Of a stretch of DNA of 64,000 nucleotides, positions 51,987 to 64,000 are shown piece after piece. How positions within the stretch are numbered: the stretch's first letter is position 1; each line of letters begins with the position of its first letter. Both the position numbers and the translations under genes were made by a program. Source of the stretch: Octopus bimaculoides. Its lineage: Eukaryota. The stretch lies in contig NC_068989.1 of NCBI RefSeq assembly GCF_001194135.2, positions 40,060,473 to 40,124,472 on the forward strand, written 5' to 3'. The notes under the pieces are model-generated. The model searched no databases. It saw nothing but the letters and a program-made list of their open reading frames with translations, and was not told the origin of the DNA.

Positions 51987-52611
51987 TTTTTCTCCTTTTT
52001 TTCGCCCTTTCAAAGCCTAGCCAGGAGTACAGCAGGGTTGCCACCACCCCCCGCCGGAGTCTCGTGGAGTTTAGGTGTATATATATATCAAAATAATCAA
52101 AAAGCATATCGAAAGTTAATGCAGTACAGTCGTTCCTTGCGACTCCATTTAATTAAGCAATGTGAACATTGCATCAAATATAAAATGCAGAGCAATCCTC
52201 AGCTGCACAAAGATATAGAAATTTAATGAAATTACATTTACTGTATCTACACAATATACCAACATTATTTTATATACTTTTGACCTAGGTACCTTATGTT
52301 AATACTTCTCCTGCTCCATTATGAACTGGTCTGTTAGTCGAGACCCCCCCCCCTTTCGTAGTTTGTCACTAAACCCTAAGAAATGTTATAACTTTATCAT
52401 CCACGTTTACTGTCTATACTGTTTGCCCCTTTCCCTACAAAGAAAATGCCAGTGCCTTCTTAAGCTTTGAATCACTTGGTCTGATAAGATGGTCCTTTAA
52501 TCAGAAACAAAAAAACAAATAAAATCAATGACAGTAAAATATCTGCTTAAAATTATTTACTAGCCTGTAAGTCAGATACATTTACTCTGCAATATTGTTT
52601 GCATTATAACA

Positions 52612-53480
52612 GTTTCAAAATTTTGGAACAAAGCCAGCAGTTTTCTTGGGTCAGTTACATAGACACCTCTACCCCCAGTACCTGACTGTTACTTTATTTT
52701 ATCGGCACCGAAAGGATAAATATCGAAGGTGATCTTGGTAGGATTTGAAATAATCTTTTTTGAACATTTCATTCGGAAGGTTGTAGCCAAATTAATCAGC
52801 TCAACACTGCACAAGAAATTATACTATAAATCTAGGCTGGATTTATTTGAAATTCACGTAAAATAATTGTTTCAAATTTTGGCAGACAGATAGCAACTTT
52901 AGGAGGAGATCGCATATACTCTTGTACTTGACTAGTTCTTTATTTTATCGACTCTGAAAAGATAAATGAAGTTGGCCTCGGCGTGATTTGAACTCTGAGC
53001 GTAATTCATTTTGTTCAACTCGCTAATGAATCGGCCAGCTCACCGACTTTGAGAGATAAACAATTATCACAAAATATTTAGTAACCATAAACTTCTCTGT
53101 CAGATACTACACCATTCTAACTATGCATATATCAACCAAATCAGTTATGCATAAACATTGTTAATATAATATATTCTATATTCCGCCGAGGTCGACTTTG
53201 CCTTTCATCTTTCGGGCTCGATGAATTAAGTACCAGTTGCGTACTGGGTCGATCTAATCGACTGGTCTCCTCCCCCAAAATTTCGGGCCGTGTACCTAGA
53301 GTAGGAAAGAATATAATATATTCTATATCATCTGTCTTTACGTTCTAAGTTCAAGTTCCATCGAGGTCGACTTCGCATTTCATCCTTTCGGGGTCTATAA
53401 AATAAGTGCCAGTTGAGTACTGGGGTCGATGTAATCGACTTACCCTTCCCTCGAAATTGCTGACCTAGTGCTAAACTTTA
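52612..53480. mobile_element. Cluster of four SINE family A copies (two minus, two 5'-truncated plus)
   Basis: Approximately 52612-52810(-), 52868-53050(-), 53180-53312(+) and 53335-53480(+). Confidence 0.8.
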
Positions 53481-53666
53481 AAACCAATATAATATGTTTT
53501 ATATATCAAATTTAGATTGGTGGATAACACAGTAAAGAAAGGGAACGCAATGGAATCCGAAGGCTCTGTCAATATAAACAACTTGCAAAATACTATTTGT
53601 TCAAGTAAGGGAAAAGGGAAAGAAGAAATACAGGTGATTATTGGGATTATATTCTGGAGATCTTAC

Positions 53667-53712
53667 GTCCACCCCTCACACTTTGACTAAGAAGGTTCTG
53701 CACGTTGCGCTC
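53667..53712 (-). CDS. Candidate 46-nt internal coding exon of an unidentified host gene
   Basis: Minus strand: ctaat branch-like motif, pyrimidine tract and ttgttgcAG | GAGCGC..GGTGGAC | GTAAGA. Only one frame is open (ERNVQNLLSQSVRGG); the surrounding DNA is not recognisably repetitive. Confidence 0.45.
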
Positions 53713-54849
53713 CTGCAACAAGAGCAATTAGAGTTATTGTGATTATTTCTTGGAATTCCAAAGCCCCGAACCACCTTTCTAGACATCATCTATCTCACAG
53801 ACACACACAAACAAATACACTCACAAAGCGCAATGTCCTGTTTCATAGCTGGCACTAGAGATAAAGAATTATAGATATTTCTCATTATGAAAGCTATACT
53901 CATTTCTAGGGCAGAGTATGGTTGACTAAAGTGGCGTCATTGCGTTACCTGTTTTTAAAGTTGAAAACCAAAGTCGGCCACATTGAATTTGAACATATGA
54001 CGCAGAGCGATAGAATATAAACTACGATTTAGTTTGCTACATCACCATTTCTATCTCTTTACTTGTTCTGCTGAGGAATATATTCTTTGCGATATTTGCT
54101 TGATTAAATAAGGAGATAAGAAGAGAAATCTATACGAGTGCTTTTGATGTTTTCTGAACTAGGAAAATTAAATGAAAAATATAAAGAATTCATACATGAT
54201 ACAAACGGACGAAACTGCAAAAAAAAAAAAAAGTCTATATGAAAATGACAATATTAGCTTAGAATTTCATCAATGTTTAGTTTGCCGTCCATATTCTGGT
54301 TGCCAATGTGAAATATTACATGTAGCCAGTTCTTGTGTCAGTCCATTATTTTGACACTAAATATGACTATTCTAATAAAATAGATAAGGCAGATAAATGA
54401 CTGAGACTATTCTCCCTTCAGATCAATTCCATTGCCTTTACGTTTGTAGCTTTCATATCATTTTATGTTTGGGCCTACATATTTTATTAAAGTAGAAAGT
54501 TGCATTACTAAATATATAACTTAGATACTTTGAATATTCAATATTTCTTTTTATCATCATCTAACATACAAAGTGTATCATTATGCAACAAAGACAACGT
54601 TAGATGATTGGAACCAGAGTGATAGCATATCAATATATGTTTGCTAGTCGAGAGATGCTGCCGCTGCTGATACTACTACTTCTGGTTATTGTACAGCACA
54701 GCAAATTTATATTGGGTTGTAGTTCGATTTTTGACTGAAGCCAATTAAGTCTGTTTACAATTGCTGCAATTGCTAATTACTTTTCTCCAGTAATTATGTA
54801 GCACAGTTGTCTAGCTAATTAAAACCATTAATAACCACTCAGATCACCA

Positions 54850-55350
54850 CTGGTGAGATTTCCAGTGAAGAAGAGCGTCAAAGAAAGCGATACAATCTCT
54901 CTAAAGAACTTCCTCGTATGTCTTGAAATTTCTTCAGAGACAACGACTAGGAGCGTAGTTTTAGCAGCAGCGGCAAGCTTCTCAGACACACCTGATGTAG
55001 AATATCTCAGATCATCGCAGAAACCTCAGATTGACTGCAGACTATGCTAATAGAGCTGAATATACAGAGTTCAGGTTTAGCGCTCAAACTATATTGCATT
55101 TAAACAAAATATATGCGGTTTGATAATGTAGAGCACTGCTAGTTAGAGGTGGGAAGCAATGAAATGAGGGAGACTGAATGAGTATATCTACTTGAGAGGA
55201 TAGTAAATATATGTCGAGACATGACCGCTAAAATCACGTGTAGAGTAAGAACAGGCTGGAAGGTATTTGCTTTGATTAAAGATCTACTCAGAGTTGGACA
55301 AACCCCTACGTGACAATCTCATCAATAGCATCTTCCTATCAGTGCTCTAA
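54850..55350 (+). mobile_element. RTE-like LINE RT relic
   Basis: IIAETSD*LQTMLIELN..TKYM and VNICRDMTAKITCRVRTGWKVF resemble the RTE RT C-half. Confidence 0.65.
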
Positions 55351-55419
55351 TAATACACATACATACGTACATATATATGTGTATACGTGCGTGTGTGTGT
55401 GTGTGTGTCTGCGTGTATA

Positions 55420-56301
55420 CGTTATCTGATCAATAAGTGTCCGGACTGTTGCCATAGTAACGAAACTAAAGCACGCAGAATGAAGCCATTTGGCCCAGAT
55501 TGACCTTAAACTTTGTTGTGCATGCGCACTAAGTTTTTACCTTGTAGATTACTTCCACTGTTTACAGTAGTGCTTGGAAGAAAGGTGTGTAGCGTGTGAT
55601 CGTCGCATTGGTCATGACAGAGAAAGTTGAGTAGGGAATCTGCATCAAGTTTTGCCGAAAGTTTGGTAATACCTGCTCAGAAGCCTACGCAAACTTTTCA
55701 AAAAGTCTTCCTCGTGCTTAACACCATCAAGGAGATCTTGTACAACTGATACCCCAGTGTCCTTTTGGTCAGCTGAAAGCAGTTTTGGCACAAATATGGC
55801 AGACATGCATCTCATACCCAAATATTCAATGATAACGGACTGAACTGAACCTTAACTAATCTGCACATACTCTCACGAGTGGTAATTCGACGAAATCTCC
55901 TCACAGCTTCACGCACATCTGCAATGTTTTTCTCAGTTCTACTGGTTGTGGGTCTCCCAGAACGTTCGTCAATATCGACATTTTTTCAGCCATCTTTGAA
56001 ACGTCTGAACCTTTCGTACAGTTGTGTGAGGCTCATACACTCCTGTCCATACGCTCTCTGCAACTTTGCGTAGGCCTCTGGGAAGGTATCACCATGACAA
56101 CTTTCTCTGTCATGGACAATGCGATGATCACACACTACACACATTCCTTCCAAGCACTGCTGTAAACTTCAGAAGTGAGCTAGAACGTCAAAATATAGTA
56201 CGCATATACAGCAGAGATCAGTCTTTGCCAAGCAGCTTTACTCAGCGTGCTTTAGCTTCCTTACTATGGCAACCGTCCGGATACTTATTGATCAGACCTA
56301 G
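55420..56301. mobile_element. Fold-back mariner derivative composed of two inverted 5' ends
   Basis: TA-flanked ends tctgatcaataagt(g/a)tccggac.gttgccatagtaa. Both arms carry ATGACAGAGAAAGTTG (MTEKV); the right arm encodes the HTH region (EAYAKLQRAYG..DERSGRPTTS..FVPKLL). Confidence 0.85.
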
Positions 56302-56382
56302 TATGTATGTATGTATGTATTTATGTATGTATGTATGTATGTATGTATGTATGTATGCATGCATATATATATATATATATTT

Positions 56383-56440
56383 AAAGGCGGTGCTCCAGCA
56401 TGGCCGCAGTCAAATGACTAAAACAAGTAAAAGAGTAAAA
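56383..56440 (+). mobile_element. SINE family B 3' tail
   Basis: aaggcggtgctccagcatggccgcagtcaaatgactaaaacaagtaaaaga. Confidence 0.8.
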
Positions 56441-56549
56441 GAATATATATATATATATATATATATATACACGCACGCACACACACATCTCACTGCCCAA
56501 CTTTCTGGGAGTGTACCTACTTTATAAAGTACTATTAATATTTGATTCA

Positions 56550-56915
56550 AACTTTAACAAAAGGATAGCGGGGTTAAGTCGATTACATCGATCCAAGTAC
56601 TCAACTGGCACTTATTCCATCGGCATTGAAAGGATGAAACCTAGAAGAAATATCGCCATGTATTTTTTCCGGCACGGTAACGATTCTGCCAGTTCCCCGG
56701 CTAACGAGCGTTAAGTCGACAGAATCGTTAGCACACTGATCAATATTCAAAATGCTTAGCAGCTTTTGTTCGTTTTTATATTCTGAGTTCAAATCCAGCT
56801 GAGTTCGACTTGCGTCATTTCGGGGTTGTAGAAATAAGTATCAGTTTAGCATTGGGCTTGATGTAATAGAACAGACACTTACCCGCAAATTTATCGCCTT
56901 GTGCCTATACCAGAA
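56550..56915. mobile_element. Head-to-head pair of SINE family A copies
   Basis: Approximately 56550-56700(-) and 56712-56915(+). Confidence 0.75.
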
Positions 56916-57711
56916 AGGATCACTATTACTATAGCTTGAACATCTGGCCCAATTGTAAGAGCAATTTTTCTTTCTTTTATATTTTAACAAAGACTAGAAG
57001 GGAATGATTTTGCACCCTATCATAATAAAATATAAAACGTGGTAGTATGGAGAACCTTATAAAGTTTAAAACATGTTCTTTTGTTCTTTTCAAACGTAAC
57101 TTATTTCAATGCCTTCTTTCCATAACACAACGGTTAATGGTTGTAGAGAGAGTAGAATTCAAATATATTTTGTGAACAGTGGATGAGAATGTCTTTCATA
57201 GAGTGGGTAAACTTCTGGTTGTAAATATAATTTATTTTTCTCTGAGGTTTGCTTTTGCGGTTTGTAGTTGTGTTGCTTTGATATCGGTCTTATCTGTTTG
57301 GAAATATGCGATTGGAGAGTGATTGTAAAGGATATATTTGTAAGTTTTCTCATACGACATAGATAACAATTTGTAGCATATATAACATAGCATGTAGTAT
57401 ATATACTATATAAATGAATTTTCTTTTACTTGTGGAGTCTGGAAAATTGGACAGTGCAGAAGAGCTTTACACACATCTAAGACCGGTGTGCTTGATGCTA
57501 TAAATGTTCTGTTCCATTTAAAGTACTGTAGGTCAACACCTGTGAGAAAGACCTGAGTAGGAAGAACTTTCAAGTTAGAGATGTTCTGAGTACGAACGAC
57601 TGAGCATAGTGGTTACTGCGTGGTCGTTAAGGGGGTTGCACGCGATTATGATGATAAGAGGCAGAGATTGGATTGGTTCGAGAACGCCTGTGGAGTGGAG
57701 GCAATAATATC

Positions 57712-58225
57712 GGAAATACTTCCGCCTGCACCCCGCCCCCATTTTCTCCCAAATTTTTTTATTTTTGTAATTTCTTTTACCAAAAATCCCCGTTTTCGGA
57801 TATGGAGGTTCTGGAAAATTGCCAAAAATCGATATTGTGAAATTCCCCCCTTTCCACCCCACCCAACTTCTTCAATGTTGACTTTTCCCCAACACTAACC
57901 CTAAAACCCTAACCCTAACCCTAAAACCCTAAAACCCTAACTCTTACCCTAACCCTAACCCTAAAATCCTAACCCTAAAACCGTAACCGTAAGCACAGAA
58001 ATGTTTTGAAATTTTTGTCCGAATCATAATGTCCGTATTTTTCCGCATATTTAGAAAAACAAATTCTTAAAAAAAAATTTTACAAAGATTTTCGGAAAGT
58101 TTTTTTCAGAATCATAATCTCCGTATTTTTCCGTTTAGTATGAAACAAAAAAATTCTGAAAAGGGGGGGGGGGGTCTAAAAAAAATTCAAGGGTGTTTTT
58201 TAGAGGGACGGGCGGAAGTCTTGCC
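57712..58225. mobile_element. MITE with 15-bp GG-starting TIRs, 8-bp TSD and telomeric-repeat core (Merlin-like)
   Basis: TIRs ggaaatacttccgcc / ggcggaagtcttgcc (13/15 match); direct repeat ATAATATC at 57704-57711 and 58226-58233. Confidence 0.7.
57895..57992. repeat. Interstitial telomere-like array of CCCTAA and CCCTAAAA units
   Basis: Direct reading, about 14 units. Confidence 0.9.
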
Positions 58226-58994
58226 ATAATATCTTTTAGCATACGTACTGTAAGTAGTAGAGGTATATTTAGGTTAAAATTTTCTAAAGTGGTGAGCCTT
58301 GGTTTTGATTCTTATAACTGCGGACAATGCCCATTGTTTTAAACGTACACAGCACAGTACACGACTAATAATTAATTCTGCATTTACTCTTGTTCGCCTT
58401 GTATTCGATATTTCCATTTACGGATCATTCTATATTCAATCTTATTTATCTGCCTCCCAGTACTTTATGTCTCTGTTTCTAAAATCTCAGTTGTTAGTTT
58501 GATATTTCTTGTCAATGCGAACAATAATATTGCAGAGAATTTGTTTCTATATCATAGTACCATAGAGAGTTTCATGCGTGCTTATACAATCTATATTTTA
58601 GATGTAGCGTTAAAATGTCGCCATATTGCAGCAAAATTATTACTATGCCTATAGCTATATTCTAACGTTATAAACAGTAAATAGCTGATAATCGTTTCTT
58701 TTATGTTGATAGCCTCTACAGGTTTCTTTTAATTCATTTTAGACGGTTTTGTGGCTACGAATTGAACGTGAAAACATATATTAGACGCTCCTTTTCCAGA
58801 CTTCATACCGTTTCTTTTTAGCAGTTGCTGACTTTCAAACAGATGCATATTGTCTGCTGAGTCTTGTGGAATATTTGCAATAAAACGATTTTTTGTTTGT
58901 CAAATTTTCATTCTTATTTAAGTCTTTACATAACTGTTTTATTTATACTTTATATTTTCTATCATCTAAGTTAGCTTCCGAATTGTATTACTAA

Positions 58995-59441
58995 AGATTT
59001 TCCATCCATCCATTCATCCATCCATCCATCCATCCATCCATCCATCCATCCATACATACATACATACATACATACATGCATATATGTATGTATGGATATA
59101 TACAGATGTATGTATACATACACACACTCACACACATATATATTGCGTAGAGCGAGAGAGCCAAAGAGTGAGAGAGAGAGAAGAGAACAGAAAGTGAGAG
59201 AGAGAAAGAGAAAAGACGGAGAAATTTTCTGTCTTCCTTATATACGTTTATAATAATCAGTTTACCATGTCTTGATAAAACTACTTCAATTATCACACTT
59301 TGGTTATTGCGTTACAGTCGTCCTATTGTGTTATTAGGGCATATTATCTCAGAGGGTTTACTACATAATGCATACATGCCTATCTAGCCATCTATCCCTC
59401 CCCTTTCTATCTATACATACATATGCATACACACTCACACA

Positions 59442-59478
<37 letters not shown>

Positions 59479-59481
59479 CAT

Positions 59482-59515
<34 letters not shown>

Positions 59516-59600
59516 CACATTTACCTATCCTATCGACACACACACACGCATATATATATGTGTGTATATATATATATATATATAAACAATGATTTATATT
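58995..59600. repeat. Compound microsatellites: (TCCA)n, (CATA)n, (GA)n, (TA)n
   Basis: Direct reading. Confidence 0.9.
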
Positions 59601-59789
59601 AATGTATCTATACGTGTAAACGTTAATATATTCATACATATATGCAAACACACATATTAGCTTTAGAATGGAGTGTACACTTTAGAGTTTCTTAATAGTT
59701 CAATCACCGTTATATTATATCAAAGTTCTCATTAATGATACCTAATGTATTTATCCTGATAATCGTATTTATACCTTTATGTTTCGCTT

Positions 59790-60440
59790 GCAGAAAACCA
59801 GCAATTTCGGGAGATGCGAGCTAAGTCGATTACATCAGTCCCGGTATTTGACTGGCACTTTGTTATTGACCGACTCGGAAAAGATGAATGGCAAAATTGA
59901 CTTCGAAACAATTTGAACGTAAAGACGGACGAAGTGCCGCTTAGCCTTTTACTCGGCGTGCTAACGATTGTGCCACCTCGCCGCTTTCTATTTAGCTTTT
60001 AATATTAGTACTCAAAAAAAGGTGGCGAGTTGGCAGAATCGTTACTACACCAAGCCAACTGCCGAGCGGCGTATCGTCCGTCTTTATGTTCTGAGTTCGA
60101 ATCCCGCCGAGGTCGACTTTGACTTTCATCCTTTCGAGCACTAGGCTCGATGTAATCAACTTACCAACTCCTCCAAAATTACTGGCCTTGTACTAATATT
60201 TGAAATTAATATTAGGAACCAAGGTGGAAAGTTGGCAAAATCCTTAGCACGCTGGGTGAAATTCTAAGGGGTATTTCGTCCGATTTCATGTTCTGAGTTC
60301 AAATTTCGCCGAAGTCGAGTTTGTATCTTATCGTCTGGGAAACGATAAAATATATATCATTTGAGGACTGAGATTGTTGTAATCAATTTAACCCCTACTT
60401 TGAACTTGCTGGTCTTTTGCCAAAATTTGAAATCAATATA
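59790..60440. mobile_element. Three SINE family A copies (one minus, two plus)
   Basis: Approximately 59790-59985(-), 60019-60210(+) and 60217-60440(+). Confidence 0.85.
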
Positions 60441-61184
60441 AGCTCTTCTCTTCAATAATACTCGTTCCCGATTTCTTTTTATATTTTGGCTGCAACCAAT
60501 CAATAAAACAAGTAAAAGAATAAATGAATACTGTATCATATTCATTTCATATGCTTCTAAATACTTGATTCGTCCCCTGTTTAAAATTTTCGATTTGATA
60601 GTTTGTGTGTGTGTGTGTGTGTGTGCAGAAAGAGAGAGAGAAGGAGAGGGGGAGAGAGAGGGAGAAGAGAAAGTATTGAAAGGAAATTTTGTTAAATAGT
60701 AATTTATTTATCAAACGAGCTAGTTGCATATAAAATGCAAAGATATACAATTTAGTGTATTCGATTTATTCGATTCTTTAGTAATAGTGCATTTATAAGC
60801 CAACGAATAGAATGCTTTCTCACTGACGAAGTTCCAGTACAGTATCAAAAATAGTTAAGGTGACTCTTTTTTTCCGTTAACAAAGATATCTCATTCGATA
60901 TCAAAATGTTTACACTTGTATATGCATGCACTATTTAACGAAACCAATAGATATATTCTGTAGTTCAATACAACATTGAATCAATAATTCGCAGCTCACT
61001 ACTAATTTACTAATCGAATAAGCTGTTATAGATATTTTATATATTCAAATCATTTTAACCGATTTTCTTAGAGTGGTTTATGAAAGTGAATTTTATAAGC
61101 AAGTTTTTGTGGACAGTGAACGAAGGTACTCAGTTAAACTGAGGAAAGTTCAACAGTAGTTATAGTAATATTAAAACCGGAGAC

Positions 61185-61500
61185 AATGATGTCGTCATCA
61201 AAAGTGGTGGCAATGTCAGTAGTGAGTGGTAGTGATGTCAACATCAGAAGATAGAACAAAAATTGTTTCAGTAATGTCAGCATCAGAGAGAGTAATGTTA
61301 ATAACTGAGGCAGTAATGTTAATATCAGAGGCAGCGATATCAACAACAAAGACAGCAATGTCAACAAAGGAGACAACAATATCAACCTCAGAGGCAATGA
61401 TGTCAAACAGTAGAGGTAGCCACATAAACAGTAGAGGCAGTAAAGTCAACAACAGGGGAAGTAATATCAACAGAAGAGGTAGTACTACCAATAACAGGGA
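61185..61500 (+). repeat. Degenerate 21-bp minisatellite (heptad consensus SNVNxRG when translated)
   Basis: Units such as gtaatgttaatatcagaggca, gcaatgtcaacaaaggagaca and gtaatatcaacagaagaggta; about 14 copies. Confidence 0.8.
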
Positions 61501-61739
61501 TACTTTCCCAGTATTATCATCACATCGCTTTGCGATGGTGGACACTTGTTAGATGTTACAGAAGAATAGCAAACCTCCTTGGTATCTTTGTATTCAAAAT
61601 TTAAAAAATGGAAGAAGACGCATAAAAAGTGTGAATTCTGACGCAAGACAGGTGTGGGAATCCATCAATTCCAAGGACAGCATAATAGACCTTACAATTG
61701 ACCATAGAAAGCTATTGTTCATCTAAACTACCTGGAGGA

Positions 61740-61890
61740 TTAAAGGGAGAGTAATATACTGGCACATGAGATGGAGAACTTCGACTCGTAGATAACTTAG
61801 ACTCTACCACTACGTCGACGTATTTGACTTGGCCCGATGCATTGCTTCAAATGGGGAGCACTTTGAAGGCGATAAAAGTGTAAACATATA
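61740..61890 (+). mobile_element. Possible Tc1/mariner transposase C-terminal relic
   Basis: ..LARCIASNGEHFEGDK.. resembles mariner C-termini. Confidence 0.4.
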
Positions 61891-62677
61891 AAACTGAGTA
61901 AAATAATATTGCAAACTTCCGGTTTCTTTTGTAATTAATCTTAGTTTATTTACTAATTTTTATACTTTTATACATTGTTTTTTTTTTTTGTCCATTGCTT
62001 TCGAATAACTATTTGTGTTCGTCATAAGACGCTTTTATGAGTGCATGTACCTTGGTGGACGTTATATGTGGTTAGGGTGAATGGAAATACTCTAAGCAAG
62101 CACGCTTAAATTGGAAAATAACAAATGGGTCATCATCATCATCATCATCATCAATCACACTATTATCATCATTTGAAACATTAAGGCAACAGGTGTATAT
62201 AACAACTAAAATGCATATTAATTTAAATAATTCGGAGTATTCAGTTGCATACTTCTATTCTGTTTAAATTAATCCGTACATCTATTCATTGACGTTATTC
62301 AAAGCAATTATCAAGTTAATTGTAATATAGTGAGATAAGCTAAGCATATGACCGTACTTAATTTCTCCCCGGAGTGATATGTTTCTACATGTTCTTACTG
62401 TAAGATCTAAAATAAACCGCAAACCTTCAGAATTCCACACAACTCTCATTTGTTTTAAATTATTTAATCAGATCTGAGAACACACTTAGATTTGAAGTAA
62501 CCAAATGCTACCTGTGAACGTTTCAGGGATTTATAGGTGAAGGAGACTGGGCAGCAAATGTTTAACTTGAACTCTCGTAGCTTAACCTCTTTTGACACGA
62601 AGGAAATTAGCAATAGATTTAGTTCTGAATATAATTTATTTCAACAATAATTAGAAATGAGGAACAAGAGTAATAAT

Positions 62678-63290
62678 GGTTTCAAATTTTGGCACAAGGT
62701 CAGCAAGCTCGGGGAAGGGGTAAATCGATGACATCGACCCCAGTACTCAACTGGTACTTATTTTATCGATCTGAAAAGGATGAAAAGCAAGGTCAACCTG
62801 AACGGAATTTGAACTCAGGTGCATGGAATGAGATAATTAGCAATAATCCTTTCTACTAAAGGTACAAGGCCTGAAGTTTGCGAGAGGATGAGTTGATCAC
62901 ATCGAGACTAGTACTTGACTAGAACTTAAGTTATCGACCTCGAAAGGATGAAAGGCAAAGTCGACATCGGCGGAATTCGAACACAGAACGTAAAGACAGA
63001 CGAAATACTGCTAAGCATTTCGCCCGACGTACTAACGATTCTGCCAGCTCACCGCCTTAGACACATTAGTAATGATAAAAATAACGGTTTCAAATTTCAC
63101 CACAAGGGCACCAATTTTGGAGGAGGGGATTTGTCGATTTCCTCGACCCCAGTGTTTCACTGGTAGTTATTTTATCGATCCCTAAACGATGAAGAGTAAA
63201 GTCGACTGCGGCGGAATTTGAACTCAGATCGACGCGACGGTCGAAATAACGTATTTCATCCATCGCGCTAATGATTCTGCCAGCTCGTAG
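62678..63290 (-). mobile_element. Three tandem SINE family A copies
   Basis: Approximately 62678-62820, 62845-63058 and 63083-63290, each with the gaaaggatgaaag..gtcgac..cggcggaatt motif or a close variant. Confidence 0.88.
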
Positions 63291-64000
63291 CCTTCGAGTT
63301 GTTAATAATACTAGAGTATTTTTAGAATACTTAAAGGCGTACACATATTGTATATGGGCTTGCAGCTGTGCTGTATTTATGAAACAATCTCTTACCATCG
63401 GATGGATGGCATTTTTTGCAGCCATAATTCTGATAAAAACTAGGTGTGATAAATGTTTTGTATAAATGTTTCTTTCACACCAAGGCTATGAAATACTAGA
63501 CAACTTGTCTTCCACTGTATATCAATACAACATTCAGTTCTCTTGTCATGTAGACTTCAAAACACATAGTTCCCTCATCTTCATTGTAATCTTTCAATGT
63601 ATTTTGAGCGAACATTTTCGATATAATATAGAATGAAAAATGGAATGATGTGGTGCAAAATGGACCTGACAATAAATTCAACTCCCTATTATCTACAGTT
63701 TCATATTTACTAATTGATTAGTAAATAAACGTATACACATGTGAAACGGTTGTAATAGTTGACCGGGAGTCTTTCGGAATAGATATTATTATCTCGTGGA
63801 GAAGGAAAAAGGCAAGAAAGTGGGTGATTGATTCTTATGCGAAATAATTATTTGTCCAAAGCACTCGATTTTTTCGTACATTTATTTCTTAATTCTTTCG
63901 TAAGAAAAAGAAAATGTGCTGACGATAAGAGTAAAGTACCTAAAATAGTATATGGAAATATTGTTTTTAAATATTGGCACAAGACCAGCAATCTCTGAGG

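Noticed and set aside
57895-57992. True telomere or chromosome end
   Set aside because: The array is short, degenerate, internal and enclosed by TIRs and a TSD.
58300-58900. Possible hAT/TTF zinc-finger relic on the minus strand (YEVWKR..SH..NELK)
   Set aside because: The resemblance is weak and no catalytic or dimerisation motifs were found.
60019-60130. tRNA gene interpretation of SINE heads (A and B boxes)
   Set aside because: No cloverleaf; the heads continue into SINE bodies and occur in many diverged copies.

Overview
AT-rich, repeat-saturated eukaryotic genomic DNA with eight assembly gaps (N runs) and many microsatellites. The SINE families and repeat landscape suggest an octopus (coleoid cephalopod) scaffold; this is inference, not proven. 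There is no intact protein-coding gene, rRNA, tRNA gene or CRISPR array, and most ORF-track entries are microsatellite artefacts or transposon relics. Mobile content: several decayed R4/Dong-like RLE non-LTR retrotransposons abutting trinucleotide microsatellites; three Penelope-like (GIY-YIG) fragments; RTE-like LINE relics; a near full-length Chapaev3-like DNA transposon; mariner/maT relics and MITEs; a probable LTR+PBS fragment; an ORF1-only gag-like element; and more than 25 tRNA-derived SINE copies. The most interesting signals are: two type-I hammerhead ribozyme motifs in a repeat with no visible ORF (the one at 21100-21158 has an intact core); a Merlin-like MITE with an 8-bp TSD and a telomeric-repeat core; a fold-back mariner built from two 5' ends; a ~550-bp non-coding element in (TAA)n tracts that forms a chimera with a Dong-like LINE tail; a templated insertion into a SINE; and one candidate 46-nt host exon on the minus strand.
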